Shown: one piece after another, positions 55,870 to 64,000 of the stretch | Position numbering within the stretch: the first letter of the stretch is position 1 | How the letters are laid out: each line of letters starts with the position of its first letter | Assembly: GCF_006345805.1 (NCBI RefSeq) | Contig: NC_043008.1 | Span: 1,736,001-1,800,000 of the forward strand | DNA: 64,000 nt | Reading direction: 5' to 3' | Source: Octopus sinensis | Lineage: Eukaryota | Translations under genes and position numbers: made by a program | The notes under the pieces: model-generated | Seen by the model: only the letters and a program-made list of their open reading frames with translations | Database searches by the model: none | Told to the model about the DNA's origin: nothing

Positions 55870-57204
55870 CACACACATATATAATATATATATATATATA
55901 TACTTACATATGTGAGTATATATGTATATATATTAATGTTTGTTTCTATGTTCAGATATAATAAGAACAAATTTATTATTCTTGTACAAGAATGTTGGTG
56001 ACACTGACTTTGCCCTATCGGCCAGATAACACATTGTCGGACGATCGCTTCTCTGAAAGACACTTCGAAATAATTTCTACAACGTTCTAGTTTGAGAAAT
56101 ATATGCATATATTTTCTATATTAGTAAATTCGTACATACATGCATACATACATACATACATACATACTTACATACTTACATGCATACATACATACATACA
56201 TACATATATACACACATACATACATTCATACATAATGCTATATTTATCGATGTAAACAAACGATGGTAGGAGACAAGAACCGATTTGTTATTTTTAGGTT
56301 TTTATATGCGTAAATGTATGCGAATCATATACGTACAAACATTATGTAGAGGACGATATCTACGAAAACTCTTTTCCTTTCTTTCTGATTTCCTTCCTTT
56401 CTCACCTAAGAGTAATGGGTGCAAGATGAAGGTGAAAATACATAATTACTTCAAAAATATTTATAATATTTTAATATAAATTCGAGATTAAATAATCAAT
56501 TTATGGACAACTGAGTTTGTTACTTCTTTCTACAAACCTTAGAGTATCTGACGTATAATTTAGGGTGCAAAACGCACTTTCATACTCTCATTAAACAAGG
56601 AAAATACCATTTTCGCTGTCCGGAGATTGACAAGAAATATAGATTCTTGAACATCCCAAATGTGTTAAGCGGCCACAACGTTATTTTCATATGTCATATA
56701 GTAGAGGCTCATTTAGTAGTGAAGCGTTTAATTATGGAATTGTGTACACGCTGATTTCTGGAAATGTAACAATATAATTGTAAGTTTGAGTGATACTAAA
56801 ACAACAACAATATCAAAATAAGTATATGAGACTATATGATGAAAATATGTTGAGAGAAAGAAAGGTTATGCCGCGTGAAAATCTCTCAATTCGAAGCCTT
56901 AAAACTATCGTATGACAGCTCTGAAAATGAATGAAAAGAAATGAAACCACTGTGAAGAAACTTATGAATGAACTGAGAACACTAAAGGCAGACAACACAA
57001 CGTGCATAAGCAGGACGCTTTACATAGTTTTCAACTGACAACCATTACGCAACTGCAATTACGTGTGTCGGGGGATGAGTGGTGTGTGCATGTGCGCGTG
57101 CGTCTGTGTGTGTATGTTTTCAATTTGATGATATGTTAAAGTACGATTTAAGAGAATAAAAATAATATGTCAATAAAAAGATAGTGTAGTAGAAGCAAAA
57201 TGTT

Positions 57205-57480
57205 AGGCCAGATGGCTTTGCATGGTATATTCCTAAAGATAGTTGCAGTAAATAGTAGTATTGAGACATAGCAATGGTTGCAGAATGAAAGGCTGAAAAG
57301 AGAGAAACAGAAAGTTTGTTCGTAGGAGCACATGATGAACCATTACGGACTAATTGGATAAAAGCCAATGTAGGCAAAAACCAAGTTGATTCCCAATGTA
57401 GATTATGCAAATCAAAAGAGGAAAGCATTAATCATATAATAAGTGAATGTAGCATGCTGACACAGAGAGAATACAAGAAA
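57205..57480 (+). mobile_element. R4/Dong-clade LINE internal fragment (CCHC zinc knuckle)
   Basis: WLQNERLKR-ETESLFVGAHDEPLRTNWIKANVGKNQVDSQCRLCKSKEESINHIISECSMLTQREYKK. Confidence 0.8.
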
Positions 57481-58559
57481 ATAATTAATCTAGGATTATG
57501 AATTTAGGATAATGAACTTGGGATTTGAAAATACAGAAAATACAACTCTTCACGTGCACACCCTGTGTACGTTCGCCTTATGGTGAAGGCAAGCATTCAG
57601 TGTTACCGTCTTTCGGGCAGTGAGATCGAGTTGGCCAATCTCTGCCCATGTTCATTTTAGAATGACTTCGCTAAGCTGACTACAGCAACAGCTCATATGT
57701 TGATGACAGTCACAAAGTCCCTTTTAGTGTCTTTCCAGTCGAAATTTCTCGACACATGATTCTGTTTTTTGTATGCTTCAAACTTTTGTGGACGTTTTGT
57801 TCAATCAAAGGTAGTCTACAAAGGTTGGAAGAATGTTTCAATCATTACTATACCGTATACATTCCCACAATTAGAAGTAAGAAAATTAAAATAATATTTT
57901 GCTATGGTACGGAAATGCAGCATTCTTGGAAGCCAGCAAAAGTTAACGGTGATTAAATACTTACGCCTACCCGATAATATCCACCAATCACATATTTATC
58001 TACGAGTGTTCTCAAATTTCATATTTATATTCAACCGAGTCGACAGAGACATTTTAAGTGCATGGGGAGATTATATCAATAAATATATCAAAAGTTAAGC
58101 TAAAATAGATAGAAATGGAGGAATTATGCAAGTCATTTAATGTATATGTGGAAGTGAAGCTCGTGAAGATACTATTCAAATACATGGTAATTTACACATC
58201 TGCGTACTGATATCAAAATGAAATAAGAAATGCACTTCTGTTTGCACACATATTCATAAATGTACATTATTACAACTACTTAGCGATCCGCGCGCGCACA
58301 CACACACATACACACACATATATATATATACAGAATGCGACAGAAGTATTACCTTTTCCATATAATAATTTTTATAGTATATAATATACAGCTTTCTTAA
58401 GTATTTTTTTAAACACATTGATTGCATTAAATAAAGAAACAAATAATAAACTAATGAAAAAAACCGCAGAAGTTTTAGGACATAAAGAATCACAATTAGA
58501 AACTGAAAAATGAAATACAATGCAGCGTTACTTCTGCGACCCTAAATTGCTATATATAT

Positions 58560-58605
<46 letters not shown>

Positions 58606-59180
58606 TATATAGATAGATAGATAAATAGATAGATATATAAATATATAATATATATATATTATATATATATATATTATAATATATATATATATATATACAT
58701 ATATATGCATATATATATATATATACATGTATATATATACATATACATACATATACATACATATATATATATAATATATATATATTATATATATATATAA
58801 CAAATTAAATGACAGGGGGTAGTGACTAGCATTACTGTTGCAAGAAAGAAGAGTTAAAAACAAGTAAAAAATAAAACCACAAAGCACTACCTTCGTGTCT
58901 GTGAAGGAAGGTAACTCAACTAAGTCTGGAAGTCTTAAGAGAAGACCGTTGAAAATATGGGTTGCTTTTCAAAACGACAGAAATGTACACGAAAGATAAA
59001 ATGAGTGGATTATTAGCACTTGTAATTAAAGGCAAAATTATAGAGGCATGGCAGCATCCTAGTATATATGAGTAAACGAGTAAATATATAAATGCACACA
59101 CAGACACACACACGCACACACACACATACACACACATACATACATACATATATATATATATATTATATATATAATATATA

Positions 59181-59243
<63 letters not shown>

Positions 59244-60586
59244 CATAAGTGCATGTGTGGATCTGGGAACAGTCCCTCTGCGTGGCACCTTGGGCAATTC
59301 ACAAAAAAAGTGATTGCGAAAGGGGGAGAGCCAACGATCTATGTGGTAGCCATATCATCACTAACTTTGTTCTCCTAATTAATGTGGGGCCGTTTATTTA
59401 TTTATTTTTTTTATATTTATCAAATGACATTGAACTATAAGATGTACCTTTGTAAATTATGATAATGGAGTCCTTTTTCTCCGACGCAAAGCATCGTTTG
59501 GCGAAATCCTACATACGGAAAATCATTACGGTTATAGTAACCATACACACTCGCGCGCGCAGATACAGACACCCGCAGACAAACCTCGCATACACACACA
59601 CACACATACGCACGCGCAACTGCAACCGAACGCACACCATTCGTGTCTATACACGTATGTTAATATATGAATACTGAAGCCTTGATGCTAAAATGACTCA
59701 CTTGTATTCTTCAAGTAGTTGTCTACCCCGTGCTTTACAGAGTAAAGATGAATAGTATTTAATCATATATCTTTGTCAGTGTTAACTATATTTAGCCGTC
59801 ATGTGACGACACCAGCCAAAACGAATTAATTTGTGAGTTGTACCATATGGAAACGAAAGTATATAAAAGTTTCACAGCGTTAGATAGCTTCAAATCCGCA
59901 TCTAATGTATTACGTGTTGCTTTACACTTTATATTCGATAACGACATTACGGTTGTCGCTTGATGCAGTCTTAAAAGATTAAGCCAACACACAGTCATAT
60001 CGTGCGTCTATGTTACACTCAACGTAGGAAAAAATATGACAGAGATTAGGACTACGTTTTTATTCATTTGTTTATTTATTTTGTATAATACCTGTAAAAT
60101 AAGAAAGAACCAAGAAACAACAAGCATGCAAATAGAGAATGCCGTGTTAATATAAGCTGTATATTCACTCCGCAACGAGAATCGCTTTATTTGACAACAT
60201 AAACAGAGAAACTTTATCGCATAATTTCGTTACTATAGAGAGGTAATTACAATTACAGATGAAGTATTAACTTCAGTTGATAACATTTGACATAACATTG
60301 TGTTTATTTCATGTTTTATATAGACATAACAACAGAGGTAATAGAAACATGACTTGAAAGCTTATTTACCCACGTTAATATATTCACGTATTATATGAAT
60401 ATATTAAAACATGTTTGATGTGAATTTTTATTCATTTGTAAGTCAATTTTTAAAACTTTATATATGTATATGTATTTTTATGTGTGTATATATATATATA
60501 TATTATATATATATATATGCGTGTGTGCGTGTGTGTGTATTGAATTTCCTGATACTGTTTTGTACATTGCATTAGTTTACAAATAA

Positions 60587-60632
60587 AATTGTTACCAAAT
60601 ATATATATATATATATATATTTGGTAACAATT
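60587..60632. repeat. Mini fold-back aattgttaccaaat(AT)n-ttggtaacaatt
   Basis: Direct reading. Confidence 0.9.
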
Positions 60633-60659
60633 ATATATATATATATATTATATATATAT

Positions 60660-60718
<59 letters not shown>

Positions 60719-60777
60719 TGTGTGTGTGGTGTGTGTGTGTATGTATATATACATATATATATGTACGTATGTACATA

Positions 60778-61530
60778 CACGATACGGGGAATAAACTGTC
60801 GTTCAAATTACGCAACTATGAAAATAAAACTGACATCTCATCTTAACAGGTCTATTAACTACCAAATTTACAAAAGAAGTATTTGAATTACTACAGCCCC
60901 CAGGCGATTTCGGAATCTCCAGCAACTCTTCTGGACTGTCTTCGTGTATAATTTGGCGAATGCTGCCATAAGCCTTGCATTCAGTTCATTTTGGGTGTTA
61001 TAAGGTGTTTTTTCGTCTCTCGATCAACCGCACTCAAAACCTAATAATCGAAGGGGTTGCAGTCTGGGGAGTTAGATGGCCAGATGTTACTGGTGCTGTG
61101 GTCGCAGATATCGTCTGAAAGCTATATTTGAGATGACCTGCTTCTGTTGCACGGAGCAGATCCTTGTTGCTAGAGATAGGGTCTTCTAGCTCCACGCACT
61201 TAATGTAGGCCACCGTGTCGAAATGAGGTCGTATGAGAAGATGCCTGGCGGCATAACGTTGCCATGAATAGTGATCACACAAAACAACACAGCAAGATGT
61301 TTGATTTTTATCACTATTTGTATATTTCCTAAGATTGAACGCTCCTGAAATTGGCACCCAAATACTCTGAAATATAAGTATTAGAGCTTTCGGTGCAAAC
61401 GCCAAGCATTACAAGTTGTTGTTTCCAAATTTCCGCCAGTGTGAACTGCGTCGTGGTTTCTACTTTTCTCAATGATGGTGCCCAACTGCCCCTACTATAC
61501 GATGTAGTCGACAAAATCAAATGTAAAATC
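60778..61530 (-). mobile_element. maT/DD37D-like element, same family as 33958-35063, more degraded
   Basis: Minus strand ..CDHSTSNIWPSNSP(D)CNPFDY*VLSAV.. and YNTQNELNARLMAAFAKL; TIR-like cacgatacggggaataaactgtc. Confidence 0.8.
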
Positions 61531-62449
61531 GCGCATGTGCGAAATTCTTTCCAAATTGAAATGTCATAGATTTACTTTTGTGCTGTTTCCATATCCATCG
61601 TATAACATGTATATATATGTGTGTGCGTGCGTGTATATATATATGTGTGTGTGTGTGTGTGTTTATGTATATCGGTTTATATACACATATGCATTTATAT
61701 AATTAGCCATGAAGTTTCGCTCATATGAAGATGGGCGTTAACCTTTGGCTGTGCATCATACATGACTTGAAGTACATTAATTAGTAAAATGACGCTAATT
61801 GTTATTCGTTTCTGAATTTCCATATGAAACGATCAAAATACAACTGAAAACACCGTGTGCAGATCAGGAAGGCCATGAATCAGATGCATTATACCAATGA
61901 AACCGTTTCATTGATACCGATTATAAACATTTATTTCAATGTTGCATAATTCAATTATGATTAGTTAACGTTGGTAAAATGTATGTTCTCTGTGCATATT
62001 AGCAATGGATGTAAGTATTAATTTCATACTTACCATAACTATATATTCATTTTAACTTTCAATACAGGGGATAACGAGATTCTAATTGCTTGTTAGATTG
62101 TCAACCACGCACGATTTTATATAACAGAATGCTGCTTTAGTTTGCTTCTTGAAGATAGATATATGTAACGATATCAGAAAACTAATGAACATTTATGAAT
62201 TTTACTGTAACTACATACGGCCTGCTATTGTATTTATATTAAACTAGAGATCGTGCATTGGATTACAAGAGGAATATCATATACACAATGAAGATTTTCT
62301 AAAACGTTACATATTAATTTTTGTAATGATATAATGTTAAAAATGTTCACGGGAGCATAGCCGTTTCATATTTGTAATATGCGCGACCGACGACCAACAA
62401 GTTTTCATACTTAAAGTTTCAGACGAATGCATGCCGAAAGATTCTGAAA

Positions 62450-62590
62450 TGTTTGTACTGGAACCTCCAGCGTGAATGCCAGGCTATACAGTATGTATTT
62501 TCCAAATTTCTGGCAGAGTGAATTGTTTCAAAGTGTTGTGTTTTTCTAACAGACGGTGCCCAATTGCCCCTACTATACTGTGCAGTCGCA
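62450..62590 (-). mobile_element. Additional 5' fragment of the maT-like family
   Basis: ttccaaatttctggcagagtgaa..acggtgcccaattgcccctactatac is similar to 61425-61500. Confidence 0.6.
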
Positions 62591-62642
62591 GCAGCGCCAA
62601 AGACAAACAATGGCCATGCGTGAAATTACAAATGTAAAGAAA

Positions 62643-62686
<44 letters not shown>

Positions 62687-63351
62687 GTGTGTGTGTGTGT
62701 GTGTGTGGTGTTAGTATGTTTGTGTGTATGTATATAAATACATATAAGTCTGTATCTATCTATCTATATATCTATCTATATATATATATATATATACATA
62801 CATACATACATACATATATATAAATATGTATATATATATATGTTTGTGTAGTTAATCATATAGAGAGACATGATGAAACGCACGAGAAAGGATTGGGAGG
62901 GAAAGAGGAAGAGTCAGACATATTTAAAAATTTAACGAAGGATGCATCCTTACATCTTGCTGTAAAAACTTGCTTTTTGTTCATATAAATTTTCAATGAC
63001 TGAACAATGATTTATGGAGAAATAGTCTATGGCGTTGGCAGTCACTTTTGCTTCTGTATCTATGGATATACTACGCAAAGTCTTGCATATACGTCGTACA
63101 ATATAATATATGGGAATGTATTTTTTCTTGCTAGATTTTTCTTCGAAATAAGTCGTCTGGCGGATAATGGTTCAATGGCAAGCGGCAAGCAAGACTATGA
63201 AGTATTCTTAATCACTAGGAGTCTTAAAAGTTTCGGGGAGTTAGTGGTTTTAGAAAAAAAAAAATGTTTCTCTGAATATTTATGGCCAAAACTGTATGTA
63301 TATTTTAATCTCCATCTCCAAGATGGTAATCTGAGATGTAGTCACATTCTC

Positions 63352-63425
<74 letters not shown>

Positions 63426-64000
63426 GTGTGTGTGTGTGTGTTTGTGTATGTATGTAAGTATACATATATATATATATGTGTGTGTGTGTATGTATATATA
63501 GCACTATGTATGGTATATGTTGAATACTAATGTGAATGTTCATAATATATAACCCCAAGATTTCTTTGTACTAAGGTGACTCTATTGTCAGTAATTCATA
63601 AATAAACATTGATGAGTATAACTTTGAATGTATATTCTATGAACAATATTTTGGCAGGTTCCAGTCATAATGCTTTAAGTTCGTTCATTGGGTTTCATCT
63701 ATTTTTCTCCTATATCGCCACTTTCAGTGCGTGTTTATTGTCCATTTACTCCAATCTAATTGCCATTTATTCTATAATTTCTATGCGATGCGGTAAAGAA
63801 CTTTGGAAACTATTATGTTCTTGGTCTCTGCTTCTGATATTGCGTTTGAAGTGACATTTCTCTAAAATAAGCCATATTCTTGTATAACACATATCAAAAG
63901 TTACATCACAAGTACATTATACGTTTATTTCATTTCAGTGTGCGTGCACATTGATAGTCTTGTCCTTTACTAAAACGAATGAAAGATACATATCACTTTC

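Noticed and set aside
63007-63501. 164-aa ORF
   Set aside because: Last third is microsatellite; the remainder has no recognisable domain.

Overview
AT-rich, microsatellite-saturated eukaryotic DNA. Its repeat landscape looks like a coleoid cephalopod, most likely Octopus (inferred from the recurring SINE consensus and from (TA)n/(CA)n/(GATA)n density; not database-checked). No full-length gene, rRNA, tRNA gene or CRISPR array is supportable, and almost every ORF in the supplied track is a microsatellite translation. Well supported: about a dozen SINE copies (two +,+,- clusters); Tc1/mariner-superfamily relics (two mariner families, a Tc1, two opposed maT/DD37D-like copies, MITEs); two fragments of R4/Dong-clade LINEs, one inserted in a (TAA)n tract; two perfect tandem duplications; and several fold-back palindromes tied to microsatellites, the largest about 1 kb and probably an assembly artefact. 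The most interesting non-TE signals are a degraded C-type lectin domain at about 38.2-38.5 kb, a freshly duplicated frame-symmetric 54-nt candidate exon at 12.5-12.8 kb, and some low-confidence small exons. I found no convincing new biological system.
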